Virus record (IMG/VR): IMGVR_UViG_2524614649_000001
DNA from: a virus
Taxonomy: Duplodnaviria > Caudoviricetes
Direction: 5' to 3' (one strand)
DNA: 64,000 nt
Shown here: positions 26,670-38,130 of the stretch, piece by piece
Position numbering within the stretch: the first letter of the stretch is position 1
Layout: each line of letters begins with the position of its first letter
Position numbers and translations under genes: made by a program
Notes under the pieces: model-generated
Database searches by the model: none
The model's input: the letters and a program-made list of their open reading frames with translations, nothing else
What the model was told of the DNA's origin: nothing

Positions 26670-29600
26670 TTAGTCGGTTGCGAGACGGGGCCGGCGGGTC
26701 AGGTGCCAGTCCAGGTGATCCGCACTGAGCGGCTTCTCATTGTCGTTGTCGAAGTCGCTATCGATCGTGTCGCGGCTGAAGTTCTTGACTTGGGAGCCCA
26801 TGAAAAATGAGCGACGGGCGTGATAGGCTGAGGTCGACGACGGACGGGTCATGATGACGTTCACGGCTAGTCCTCGTCGCCCGTCTTGAGGACCAGCTGG
26901 CTTTCCAACCACTCGCCACCGTCGACGTCGATGAAGACGCGCTCCATGACGTAGCCGCCGTTGGTGGCGTCGCGGGTGACCTGCTTCTGGCCGTCCCAGT
27001 CGACGTCGGTGCCGGTGCCGTCGTAGTCGAAGTCGTAGGTGCCGTCGTCCTTGCGGGTGACGGTCCCTTCGCGGATGCCGCACGACCCGGGGATGGTCTC
27101 GAGCGTGCGGTCGATGAGGCGCCCGTTCGGGGCGTAGAGGTCAGCCACGGAGCAACGCCTCGAGGCGGGCCGTCGTGTCTTCGATCACGACCCGGTCCTT
27201 GAAGATCGCCACCGCGCCGCCGCCGAAGGCGTCGAGCCGGTCGCTGCTGCAGTCATTGGCATACTGGAAGCCAATCGGCAGCTCGGGCTGCAGCACGACG
27301 CGCAGCACGTTGGCGATCGCCCACGGGTTGGCCTGGTAGCCACTGATGACCAGCTCACCGCCGCCGTAGGTGGCGTCGGCATCGCACGAGAACCAGAGGT
27401 CGTCGGCCGCCTGATCGTAGATGTTGGCGGCGAAGTCCTCGATCGGCCCGAACGCTGCGCGCAGCTCATCGGGATAGGGCTCGTCGTCGCCGGAGAAGTT
27501 CAGCGCCAGGTCGACGAGGGCGGCCTGCTCGGCCGTGCAGGGCACGGCGAAACAGAGCTTGGTGAAATAATCAGCCATAGATGACGTCTCCGAAGAGGCA
27601 GCACTGGAGGAAGACGTCGTGGGTGTCCGCGTCGTCGTTCTCGCTCGTCATGTCGGCGAAGTGCCGGGCGTATTTCTCGGCCATGACCCGAAGGCCGTTG
27701 GTGACCGAGGCGGGCTCAAGGGTGTAAAGGGCGTCATCGGGCACCGCGATGGTGACCTTGAAGTCCTCGGCGAAGACGTTGCGCTTGCTGTTGCCATACC
27801 AGACGACGCCGTCGTCGGGCAGCTCGGCGTAGGCAGGGCGCAGCAGTTCGACCCGGCCGCGGCCGAGCCAGTAATTGGAGCCGCCCTCGAACGCGCCGAC
27901 AATCATGTCCTGGACGCGCTGGGGGTCAACAGAGATGGTGGTTTGGTAGGTCATTCGGACAGGTCCACAGTTTCAAAGGAACCGATCATGAGCCCGAGGT
28001 CGCCTTGAAAGGTCTCGGCGACTTCGAACACATTGGCGGAATTGGCGGGGTCATTGTCCCGCTGGATGATGAGGGCGCGAGCCGCGGCCTCGGTTGCATT
28101 GTCGGCGTCGATGTCGATCTCCCACCGGACGCGGAAGTTAGGCATCCGGCGCCTCCAGCTTGTCAGCCTCGGTCACCAGCTGCGCGGCCAGTTTCCTGGC
28201 CTCTGCCGGCGAGATGCAGCCGCCCCCGGCGTCGCCGCCGCGGGGGCCGTAGAGTGAGAGATGGATTTCGGGCTTGTCGTAATTCGCCCAACCCAAGGTG
28301 GTGACGGCGGCGTAGCCGCGGCGGTTGGTCATGCGACCAGCTCCATTTCGTTGATGTTGACCCACCAGCGGCCCCAGTCATGTTCCTGGACGAAGTCGTC
28401 GTCATCGCCGTAGCGGTCGACGAGGTCATCCCAATTCTCGGCAGTCGGTTTCAGGTGGACGAGCAGCGGGTGGTTAGCGTTCTTGATTGCCCAATAGGCC
28501 TTCAGGAACATCTCGGTCAGCTCGACGGCTTTCGCCGTCGCGCCTTCCAAGGTGGCGTGCACCGATTGCGGGTAGAAGGGGTCGAAGGGGTGCTCCCCGT
28601 CGACGATGTAGACGATCACTGGCCAACCGCCACGACCGGCCGGCCGTCGCCGCTGCAGCAGATCAGCTTCTCACCCGGCTCGAGCATCGAGATGGCTTCG
28701 TGATAGGTGGCCTCAAACGTCGACATCCCGTCGATCGAGTAGAGGCCCTTCGCTTGATGGGCCGACACCGACCAGTCCCCGTAGAACTTGCCGTCGTAGA
28801 CGACCAAGCCGTCATCGACCGGCAGGAAGATGTCGAACTCATCGCGCACGACGGCGTTCGCGTGGCGGGCACGGAACTCGTTGTCGCGCTCGATTTCCTC
28901 GGGGAACATGATGGCGGTCTCGGCGCGCGGCAGCGCGAACTTGATGTCGCAGCCGTAGGTGCCGTGGACATATTCGACCGGGCCGATCGTCGGGCCGTTG
29001 AAGCCCCAGCCGTCCATGTCGCTGTCCTTGGCGTCGCGGCCGTGGAAGAGGTGCAGGTAGAGCTCGGCCATCATTCGCTCTCCGAGATGTCTTCGAGCGT
29101 GAGCTCCTGGTCGGCGATCGTCATGGCCGGCGAGAGGTTGAACTCGTCGCTTTCGGCCAGCTGGTCGAACGGGGCACCGGTCATGGCGACGCCGTCGCCC
29201 AGCCACTGGTAGTCGCTGTGAAATTCGATGCCGGTGTTGCCGTTGGTGATTTCCTTCAGCTGCGACAGCGCGTCTTCGGCGCTCTCGGCGTTGAAGTAGA
29301 CGGTGGCGTAGAGCTGGATGTCAGCTTGGAAGAGTTTGGTCATAGCGTGCAAATCTCCGCGTTGTTGCGGGCACGTTCGATCGCGCCGTGGGCAAGCAGG
29401 AGTTGATGGGCGAGGGGCAGCTGTTCGAACTGCTCCTCGATCTTGAGGGATGCGTCGAGGTAGGATGGCAGCACCGGGGCTGGCACTGCCCGCGGTGCTG
29501 CCTCGGGCGCCGAGCCGCCCGATAGGAAATCATTCTCGACGCTCGCGGCGCCGATCTGGTCATAGAGGCCGTTGATGAAGTGCATCAACCCCGCCTTGTC

Positions 29601-32129
29601 GGTCGGGATGTCGATCTGTTCGAAGTCGCGGTCGATCGCCTTGGCGTCGGCTTGGGTGCCGCGCAGGGTGTTGCCGTTGCAGAGGTAGAAGATCACGTCA
29701 GTCGACCAGCTCGAATGGCGGCAGCGGGGCGGCCGCCTTGTCGAAGTGCTCGAGCACCTTTTCGTACGAGCCGAGCTCTTCGATCTCGCCGCGGGACAGG
29801 CACGGGCCGTTCTCGCCGGTCGTCTCGAAGGTCTCGCCGGTCGCGGCGTAATAGCGGCGGTTGATGCGGTCCCAGTCGGGGCCGCTGCCGCAGCTGTAGT
29901 CGTAGTCGAGCCCGCGCTCCTTCGCGAAGTCCTCGAGCTCGTCCAGGTCGCCGAAGTTGACGCTGTCCGAGGCCAGCTGCTCGCCCAATTCGTCGATGAC
30001 GGTTTCGCCGCCGCACATGTCGACGGTCAGATATTTGTCGTTCACGAGCTCGAGCAGCTCGGGGGCGTGCTCGCGCTTCAGCTTTCCGCCGAACTGGATG
30101 CCGGCGTAGATATATTCGCCCATGTCAGGCTCCTGCGGGCGGCCAGATGGTCTGGCCGTCGATGATTTCGTCGGGACCGTCGAAGGTCGGCAGGTCCCCG
30201 TCGATGAAGATGCCGAGTGCCTCGGCTTCGGAGTGGGTAAGATCGCGCTCGTCGTCACCCGATTGGATGGCGATGACGTCCCACACCCTGACGATGTCAC
30301 CGTTCGGCAGGCGGACGCCCGAGCCGGTCTCGGTCAGTTCCGAGCCGACCGGAGCGACCAGCGCGCCGCGCAGCGCCCAGTTGAAGGTGACGCTCTGGTC
30401 GCTCATCCCGGCACGCTTTCATTGAAGATGGCCAGGCCTTCGAGGACCTTTCGCTTGAAGGCATGCAGCTCGTGGTTCTCAGCCGTGAGGCGTTCGAACT
30501 CGGCTTTCGCCTCGGCGATGACCGCCGGGTTGGGCCACTGAGAGGCCAGGCGGCCGGCCAGGTCCCACTCATCCATCGAGCCGTCGTCGGTCGACATCGA
30601 CCAGTCGAGGACCATGTTAAGCGGGCCGATGATCCAGCTGCCATGATGGAGCTTCACCCGTTGGCGGATGAAGTCGGTGACGCTGCCCTTGAACTCGGTC
30701 TCGCGACCGTTCGGGTGGCGGATGACGATGACGGTTCCCTCGGGATTGCCGACGCCGTCGAAGGTGGCGTTCTCGAGGGCGGCGGACTCGCGGGCGTCTT
30801 CGAGCATCTCGACGACGCGCGGCGGGAGGCGGTGTTGGGCTTCACTCATCGTCGGGTCCGATCTGAACTTCGATCTGCCAGCCGACCTGGGCGAGAGGCA
30901 GCAGCTCCTGCTTGATGAGCGTGGCGAGCTCATCCTCGAGCAGGTCCTGCATGTGGTCGGGCAGGTGGATCGCGATGCTGACCGAGAGGTCGGTCTCGGT
31001 GGTTTGCTGGGTGGCGTTCATGAAAGCGCCCGACTGCGTCGACGCGGGCACCCCGGTCGTGATCTGGAGGTAGTCGCTCACCGACCGACCCCCAACCGCA
31101 GGCGGCGCTCGGCTTCCATGACAAGCTGTTGGAGCCGCTCGATTGCGTCGTCATAGGTGGCGGCCTCGTCCTCGCCCCGCCCGGCGAGGGTCGTGTCGAC
31201 ATAGATGTCGGCGTCGGCGGCCGCCCGCAGCTGGTCGGCGAGGTCTTCGTTGGAAAGTTGTTCGTATTGGGTCATAGGATGTCGCACCTTTCTTGATACC
31301 AGCGGTCGAGCTGGCGGCCGGCGGGGGTGCCCACTAGGGCTTCGATCGCGGTCTGGACTGGCGATTGGAACGGCAGGCCGTCCTCGAGCTCCGTGCAGCT
31401 GTCGAGATGGAATTGGTCGTCGAGATATTCCCGGAGCGGCGTGTCTTCCCGGCCGTAGGCCAGGCGCATCTCCTGCGCGGCTTTGCGCTTGGCCTCGGCG
31501 GGGCCGCGCGCGGTGATGGTGAAGGACGAGGTGGCGAGCATTTCGCCGTCCTCGTGGCACTCGATGTAGTAGCGGTTCATAGCTCATCGGCCTCCGTGTC
31601 GGGGTGGACCTCTTTGGCCTCGTCATAGAGGGGGCAGTCGGCGCTGCAGGGGTTGAGGCGGTAGTCGCTGTTGTCCCGACCACAGTGCTTGCACTGGCCG
31701 TTCTCGTCGTTGTCGGCGATCAGCTCGAGGTCGCTTGGGTCCCCGGCGAAATAGACTTCCCGCTCCATGTTGGTGCAGTCGTCGCGCTCGAACCTGAGCA
31801 TGCCGGTCTGGCCGAACTGGCGGGCCTTTTTCACCGCGGTTTCGATCGCTTCTTCGGGGTTGTCGGCTTCGACGCGCCAGGTGGTGGTTTCGGTCACGTC
31901 GCGCGTGACGGGGACGTTATAGGTCGGCATCGACTGTGTCCTTTTTCTCATAGCTGAAGACGACACCGTGGACGTCGCCGTAGCGGTCGGCGTCCCACGA
32001 GAAGCTGCCCTCGGCCGGGAGCGCGAAATGGTTGCGGATGATGATTTCGACGTCTTCGAGGTCGAGTTCGAGCTTGGTTCGCTCGATCGTCGTGATCGTG
32101 CGGGATTTGGTGACCTTGACCTCGGCCAT
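26670..32129 (-). CDS. Run of about 19 coupled small early ORFs of unknown function (e.g. 26670-26864, 26867-27148, 27141-27578, 27571-27954, 27951-28145, 28138-28332, 28329-28619, 28616-29074, 29071-29343, 29340-29696, 29698-30123, 30125-30406, 30403-30849, 30842-31081, 31078-31275, 31272-31580, 31577-31930, 31917-32129)
   Basis: Continuous minus-strand tiling with ATGA-type overlaps and G/C-ending codons; many are acidic. Confidence 0.7.
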
Positions 32130-32521
32130 CAGAGGCGCCCTTCCGGCCGCAGCTGACTGACGATCAGCTGGTAGAGGTTCGGTGCGTTGTTCGGCAGGTT
32201 GGCGAGACCGCAGCCGAGGCTGGGCTCGTCGGTGCCTGGCAGGACCGGCACGACCACGTCCATCGTGCGCGCCATCGCCTTGACCATGAGGATTGCGGTG
32301 ACCAGCGCCTGCTGGTCGCGGGCGTTGCCGTCTTCGAAGAAGGACTCGAGGCGGTTGTCCGGTTCCCGCTTGGTCGGGACGCCGAAGGCGTTGGGTTCGC
32401 AGCGGATGATGGCTTGGCCACCGAAGCCGCGGCGCATGAGGTTGTCGCCGAACAGGAAGACGTGCAGCGGGTTACCGCGGCAGAGGTCGGCGCTGTAGTG
32501 GCCGTCGAAACTTACGAGCAT
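32129..32521 (-). CDS. Macrodomain-like protein
   Basis: FLFGDNLMRRGFGGQA...NAFGVPTK...LGCGLA resembles the glycine-rich ADP-ribose-binding loops. Confidence 0.55.
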   Translation of the reverse strand: MLVSFDGHYSADLCRGNPLHVFLFGDNLMRRGFGGQAIIRCEPNAFGVPTKREPDNRLESFFEDGNARDQQALVTAILMVKAMARTMDVVVPVLPGTDEPSLGCGLANLPNNAPNLYQLIVSQLRPEGRL

Positions 32522-32702
32522 GGAGAGCTCCTGCAAGACGCGCCCAATCGTCCGCGGTGTTGTGCCACGGGTGCATATTGAGGGCGCGGATCATGTTGTT
32601 GGTCGGGACGCCGGGTTTGATGTTGTCGGCGTATCGCTGGATGTCGTCGTCGGTGGCGCCGGCCGCGTGGGCTCGGGCAGTGGCTTCACGCAGCGATAGC
32701 AT
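32472..32702 (-). CDS. Hypothetical protein
   Basis: Coupled ORF. Confidence 0.55.
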   Translation of the reverse strand: MLSLREATARAHAAGATDDDIQRYADNIKPGVPTNNMIRALNMHPWHNTADDWARLAGALHARKFRRPLQRRPLPR

Positions 32703-32988
32703 CGAGCTGCGCCACCATGTGCGGCAGCTGCTTGTCGTTGAGCGAGTAGCCGTCGCGCGGCTCCTCGAAGGTCAGCGGGAGGACGGTCAGGTCCTCGATC
32801 TTGTCGACGGTGAACAGCTTCCAGCCGAGCTCGCGCTGGGTGCCGCCGGCTGGCTGGAACCCGCGCATGCTCATCTTGCCCTTGCTGGTAGCGCCGAGGG
32901 CGTGCGGTTCGACGAGGCGGTTCTCGTTGTCGTAGCGGAAGGAGATGAGGTTCTTGCCGTTGATGGCTTTTTCGATGAGGTCGATCAT
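32686..32988 (-). CDS. Stand-alone WYL domain protein
   Basis: AI.GK..ISFRY...R.VEPH.LG...RGFQ...WKLF.VDKI. Confidence 0.85.
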   Translation of the reverse strand: MIDLIEKAINGKNLISFRYDNENRLVEPHALGATSKGKMSMRGFQPAGGTQRELGWKLFTVDKIEDLTVLPLTFEEPRDGYSLNDKQLPHMVAQLDAIAA

Positions 32989-35900
32989 TTGATGCTGGCT
33001 CCCGGAAGGAGTTGGAAGATGCACCCGAAGACACGGGTGGCGAGGCCAAGGGCGAGGGCGGCGTCGGCCGCCTGGCGCCAATCGCCATAGGGTTTGGTGA
33101 CCGGCTGGCCGGCGAAGTGGAGGGTGTAGGTCATGACCCTTCCTTTCAGAGGTCGGGCGGGTTGGGCAGAGGGAACGGAGGTAGTGACCAGGTCACTTGC
33201 TGTGGGCGCGCTCCCAATAGGCATGCAGCCCCGGCTGGGTGATCTGGTCGTAGGGGTTGGGCGTGCTGCGCCGGGCCTTGCGGCCGCGGCGCGCGGCGAC
33301 GGAATAGCTGATGCTGTCGAGCGTCGACTTACGCATCAGACTTCGTTCGCGAACGTGATGTCGAAGCCGTCTTCCTTGATGGCGACGATGATGGTGTCGG
33401 CCTGGGCCGGGTTGTCGACCACGCCGCAGTTGCCGACGGCGTCCTCGAAGTGGGTCTCCCACCAGTCCAGCGGGCAGGGTTGGTCCGAGCGGGCGTCGGC
33501 GACGGGGGTGAAGACGGTCACGCCGCGGGCGCGGGTGACGATGAAGCCGGTGTTACGCATCGAGCAGTTCCTTGAACGGCATTGATTTGAGGTCGTCGAT
33601 AATCAGCCCCTCGACGGCGCCGGCCAGCAGGTCGGCGCGGCCGTGGATCAGGCAGATGGCGTTGTCGAGGTCGATGTATCGACGGGGGAGGCGGAGGTTG
33701 ATGCCGGGGTTGGGTTTGCCGTCACGGGGTGCGACGTTCGTCCCTTGCTCGGTCCACACGCCGACCGCGTCGTAGTCGTCGTAGATGGCGACGCCCATGA
33801 ACACGGTCTGGGAGTCGCGCGGGCGGCGCATTTCGCGCAGGATTTCGACCTGGCAGCGACCCCCGACGGTTTCGTAGATTTTGCCGACTTCAAGCATCGA
33901 GCAGCTGCCTGATCTTGGGCAGGTTGGCGAGGCGGGCGAAGGGCAGCACGAAGCTGACCATCTCGCCGTCGTCGTGGACGTCCTCGCAGCCGAGGTCTTC
34001 GAGGTCCTGCGGGTTGAAGTCGTCTTCCGTTTCGATGCGGAGGGCGATGCCCACCACATTGTCGCCGGTCAGCGCGTGGAGCGTGGCCGCGGCGCTGTTC
34101 AAGAGGAACGAGATGCTGGTGGTCCGCGCCTCATCGACGCGCGTCGGATAGTTGGTGAGCTGCGCCAGCAGCCACCACAGCTCCTCGTCGGTTGACGGGA
34201 CGAAATGGCCGGCTTGCGGGCGGCTCGCGAAGAGCTTCTTGAAGCGTTCGATCATCGGTTCGACCCGACGAAGGCGAGGACGAGGAGGACGCGCCAGCCG
34301 GCGTACGACGACCAGAACCACTGCAGGTCCCACATGATGAAGCTGGTCACGAGGCTGGCGATGGCGCAGACCATGAAGAGCCAGAGGGCGAAGATGCCGA
34401 GGGCGGCAGAGCCGGTGTTCAAAGCGAAATTCCAATCTGCTTGAGGGCGTCGGCGAGGTCGAGCTTCCCGCCCATGTCAATGCGCTTGCCCATGTGGTTG
34501 ATGACGAAGTGGACGGGGTCGACGCCGATCATGCGGGCCGTCGTCTGGGCGACGTCCATGTGGTCGGCGATCGTGCCGTAGGACGACCGATCGAAGTCGT
34601 GTCGCGAGAGCTCGTAAAGCGCGCTGCCCCCGTCGAGGGCGTCGGCCATCGTCGGGTAGCCGTTCCACGGGCTGTAGGTCTCGAGCTTGATCTGGCTATT
34701 GGGCATCGGACCATGCTTTCTTGAACGCGGCGTGCGCCGGGCGGACGTCGTGGAGGTCGAGGCGCTGCAGCAGGCAGTGAGCGTATTCGACCTGATGCGG
34801 CATCAGGATGGTGCCGACGGCGAGCTGGGCGAACTCGCTGGCGCGCGACTTGACGTCAGGGTTGTCGGTCGTCGTCATGATGATGTCGTGCGCGGCCGTC
34901 GACAGCGCCTCGGTCCAGCGCACGCCGAGCTTGCGGCGCACGTCCTGGCCGAAGTCGCCAGCGATGACGAAGCTGCCATCGTCGTTGAGGTGGAGGTGGG
35001 CCGGGGTCGACGCCGGCGTCGGCTGGTCCCAGATGGTGGGTCTGCCCTCGATGAGGGAGAAGTGGACGGGGAAATTACGCATTGCGGGTCTCCAGGCTGG
35101 CACGGGCCAGCAGGTTGTGGGCGAGGTGAAGGTGGGCGATCGCCTCCTCGACGAGGTGGGCGGCCGGTTCGGGCAGCTCCGAGGAGCAGAAGGCACGGGG
35201 CAGGCCGCGATATTCGCGGGTGCTGATCGTGCGGGCGAGGTCGATGACGGTCTCGGTGTCGTCGTTCAGCTGGCGGACGTGGTCCGTCACCAGAGCACCG
35301 AGACCGCGGTGACGTGGGCGAGGTTGAAGAAGACGTCGTTGTCTTCCCGGTCCTTGAAGTGCGGGCCGGGGTAGACCCAGACCTCGATGTCGGTTTGGCC
35401 CATCAGGTGGATCATCAGGGTGTAGCCGGCGCCGCCGTGCTTCTCGTCGTTGGCGAAGGCGAGCGCCTGGTCGAGGACGCTCATCCGCGCTGCATCCCTT
35501 CGCTGTTCAGCAGGTCGACGATCTCGTCGGCCGGGACGGCTTCGGTGGGGTCGTCCGGGTCACCGTCGGAATAGTGGATCGCGCCGTCGACCACGCTCCA
35601 GCGCGGGACCTCGAGCGTGACCTGCTGGCTCTCGTCATTCCACGGCTCGGCGCAGATGAAGTAGCCGAGGCGGTTCACATAGTGCCGGCCGGGCGCGATC
35701 CACATCGTGCCGTCCTCGTCCATCAGCGTCCAGACGAGGTGCGGGTCGGTGGCGTGGACCTCGGTGATCTCGTCGCCGAAGGTCTCGAACAGGGTGCCGT
35801 CGTAGGAGGCGTGCTGGTCGAGGTGGTTCTTGATGGGCTGGTAGGTGTCCAGCCACTCGAAGTAGCAGAGTTCTTTCATCAGAGGGTCACTCCTTCGTCG

Positions 35901-36049
35901 AGGCAGAGCGCGCGGCGGGCGTCGAGCACGGCGCGCAGGTGTTCGTGGTCGATCCGCGGCAGCGGGTTGTTGAGGGTGCGCGGGCCGGAATAGGTCCGGT
36001 GCCCGGGCGCGGGCTTGGCGGGCGCGCGGGTGAAGAACTCAGTCCGCAT
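32985..36049 (-). CDS. Run of about 12 small early ORFs (32985-33134, 33193-33336, 33336-33560, 33553-33897, 33890-34255, 34252-34422 two-TM, 34419-34706, 34696-35082, 35075-35290, 35287-35484, 35481-35879, 35879-36049)
   Basis: Coupled starts and stops; 34252-34422 was read by hand (TTG start, hydrophobic). Confidence 0.65.
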
Positions 36050-36374
36050 TGGCGATCGCCTTGTCGATGAGAGCGAGGACGTCGGCGTGAGTGGTCTCGG
36101 GGTCGTCGTTGAATTGGAGGTGGTTGCGGCCTGCGAAGTTAGAGAGCCGGTCGGCGGCGTCGCGATATTCCCCGAAGCGATACGGGTTCGAGGTGTTGAC
36201 CTCAGGGTGCAGCTCGTGGGCGGCGCGGATGAGGGCGCCGTCCAGGCAGAAGCAGCGGGCAACCGGCTCGGTCGGGTCGATGAAGTACCCGTTGTCGTCG
36301 CGGGCGAAGCTGTCCTTCGTCCAGTGCTCGGGGTCGGCGAGGATTTCGCGGACGCGGATGAGGAGGTCAGGCAT
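36039..36374 (-). CDS. DUF6197-like protein, copy 1
   Basis: REIL...WTK...CFCLDGAL...FND...THADVLALIDKAI. Confidence 0.75.
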   Translation of the reverse strand: MPDLLIRVREILADPEHWTKDSFARDDNGYFIDPTEPVARCFCLDGALIRAAHELHPEVNTSNPYRFGEYRDAADRLSNFAGRNHLQFNDDPETTHADVLALIDKAIANAD

Positions 36375-36705
36375 CGGCGATCGCCTTGTCGAACACGGCC
36401 AGCACGTCGGCGAGGGTGGTGGTGTCGGCGTCGTTGAACTCGGTCACGAGGTCGAAGGTGGTGTCGCGGTCGGCCGTCGGGTCCAGCGCACGGGCGAGCG
36501 CGAGGCTTTCCGGCGTCTCGGTGAGCAGGATGTCGGCGGTGCGGTTGACGACGCCCAGCGCGCCGAGCATGCAGAAGTGACAGGTCTCGGCGTCGGCATA
36601 ATTGTAGTTCATAGCCACGCCGTGTGGATCGGCGGCGTAGCAGCCGCCTTGGGTCCACTGACCCTTGGCGAGGATTTCGCGGGCTTTGATGAGAGTGTCA
36701 CGCAT
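36367..36705 (-). CDS. DUF6197-like protein, copy 2
   Basis: REIL..GQWTQG...FCMLGAL...FND...TLADVLAVFDKAI. Confidence 0.75.
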   Translation of the reverse strand: MRDTLIKAREILAKGQWTQGGCYAADPHGVAMNYNYADAETCHFCMLGALGVVNRTADILLTETPESLALARALDPTADRDTTFDLVTEFNDADTTTLADVLAVFDKAIADA

Positions 36706-36883
36706 CGATTTGGTCTCCAAAGGCGAGACGGACGAGGCGGTGGGCCTCGGTCTCGTCGGGGTTCATGCTGTCGGCCATGTCACCGCGGGCGCGGTGGGTG
36801 ATGTAGGCAAGGTTGGGCTGGCCCTGCTTGCTGAAGGTGCGCTCGGCACGCTTCAGCTCGCAGGCGAGGAAGGGATTGATCAA
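36698..36883 (-). CDS. Hypothetical protein
   Basis: Coupled ORF. Confidence 0.6.
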   Translation of the reverse strand: MINPFLACELKRAERTFSKQGQPNLAYITHRARGDMADSMNPDETEAHRLVRLAFGDQIDA

Positions 36884-37194
36884 AGACCGAGCACCTCGAC
36901 GGGCTTGGTGGTCGACAGCGCGAAGAGGAAGGTCTCCTCTCCGGCGTAGACCGAGCGGTGCTTGAGGTGCGAGACGTGGAAGCTGCCCTTGACGCGCCGG
37001 CCGTCCTCGAAGCTGAGTTCGTAGAGGTCGGAGCGGCCGGTCACGGCGTCGGACAGTGCCTGGTCGCGGGCCTGCTTGCTGACGAACACACCGGTCCCGG
37101 CGAGGGTCATCTTGCCAGGCGGGTTGTGGGTGACTTCGTCGGTCTTGAGACCGGCGATGGTGTGGCCGTCGCGTTTGACGAGGTAGGCGGTCAT
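36880..37194 (-). CDS. Truncated TP901-1/GTA-type tail tube homologue
   Basis: TIAGL, GTGVF, YELSFEDG.RVKGSF.V, GEETF.FAL match recalled GTA g9-family tube proteins; the central loop is missing. Confidence 0.7.
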   Translation of the reverse strand: MTAYLVKRDGHTIAGLKTDEVTHNPPGKMTLAGTGVFVSKQARDQALSDAVTGRSDLYELSFEDGRRVKGSFHVSHLKHRSVYAGEETFLFALSTTKPVEVLGL

Positions 37195-37493
37195 CAGATG
37201 GCCTCCTTGCGGGCGCGGGCGACGGTCTCGATCTTGCGACAGGTGGGGAAGGCGTCCCCGTCCCAGTTGACCAGCACCTTCTGGTTTTCGCAGTCGAACC
37301 CGATGAGACGGGCGCGCAGGCTCACGACCTGGCTCTCGGCGAGCTCGTTGACGGTGAGGGTGTCGGGGTTCGCGACGACGGCACCGTTGTGGACGACGAT
37401 GACGTTGTCCCAACGGTGCTCGCGCTCGTTGAGGAAGTTGCCGGTCAGGATGCCGATGGCGCCAATCATGGCGGGGATGATGAAGCGGTGCAT
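37194..37493 (-). CDS. Protein with an N-terminal signal/TM segment
   Basis: MHRFIIPAMIGAIGILTG hydrophobic N-terminus. Confidence 0.65.
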   Translation of the reverse strand: MHRFIIPAMIGAIGILTGNFLNEREHRWDNVIVVHNGAVVANPDTLTVNELAESQVVSLRARLIGFDCENQKVLVNWDGDAFPTCRKIETVARARKEAI

Positions 37494-37504
37494 GGGGTGA
37501 ACTC

Positions 37505-37715
37505 CGTCCTATAAGGATTTTTCTTACTAACTTATTTTCTTAGACTCTATAACCAGATGAATTAAAAAGAGTAAGAGAAACAGTTAGTTAGACTATCCTT
37601 GGGTGAGGGGGATTTGATGGGATTTGGGAAATTTCCCAACTGTCCGCTCCCAGAAAGTGGGAAATTTCGCTAACAGTTGGGATTGGGGACAAGTGACCTA
37701 GTCACTCGAAAAAAT
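37505..37715. other. AT-rich intergenic region with nested inverted repeats (possible origin or control site)
   Basis: About 100 bp of strongly AT-rich DNA; TTGGGAAATTTCCCAA at 37624; CCCAACTGT...ACAGTTGGG inverted repeat; AGTGAC box at 37692. Confidence 0.5.
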
Positions 37716-37716
37716 C

Positions 37717-38130
37717 CTATAAGGCGCGAGTCCGACCACGGGCCGCAACCAGCCGCACACCGGTCAAAGGGTCGAAAATGACGTTTCGCCGCCACCGCCA
37801 GACCTTTTTCGGGTGAACACCCAGTTCACGGGCAATGGCCGCGGCCGACCTCTTGTCGTTCTTGAGGTCGAGCTGCGTCCACAGCGGCGCGGCACCGGCA
37901 TAGTCCGGACACACGGCGGCGATCATCTTCAAACCATCTCCTGGGAGGAGGCTTTCTGCGAGCACCTGGCCCTCGGCCGGGTCGGCGGCGTCGATCATAT
38001 TGGTCAGACCCTTGCGGGCCTTGGGACCGATGCCGCCGAGCGCGTAGACCCACTCTATAGGAATACCGGGCGTCGTCGCGAGCAGCACGAGGTCTGCCCG
38101 CGACGGGCGCTTAAGCAGTTTCGAGAGCAA
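37717..38130 (-). CDS. HTH DNA-binding protein
   Basis: C-terminal SAAAIARELGVHPKKVWRWRR. Confidence 0.75.
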   Translation of the reverse strand: MLSKLLKRPSRADLVLLATTPGIPIEWVYALGGIGPKARKGLTNMIDAADPAEGQVLAESLLPGDGLKMIAAVCPDYAGAAPLWTQLDLKNDKRSAAAIARELGVHPKKVWRWRRNVIFDPLTGVRLVAARGRTRAL

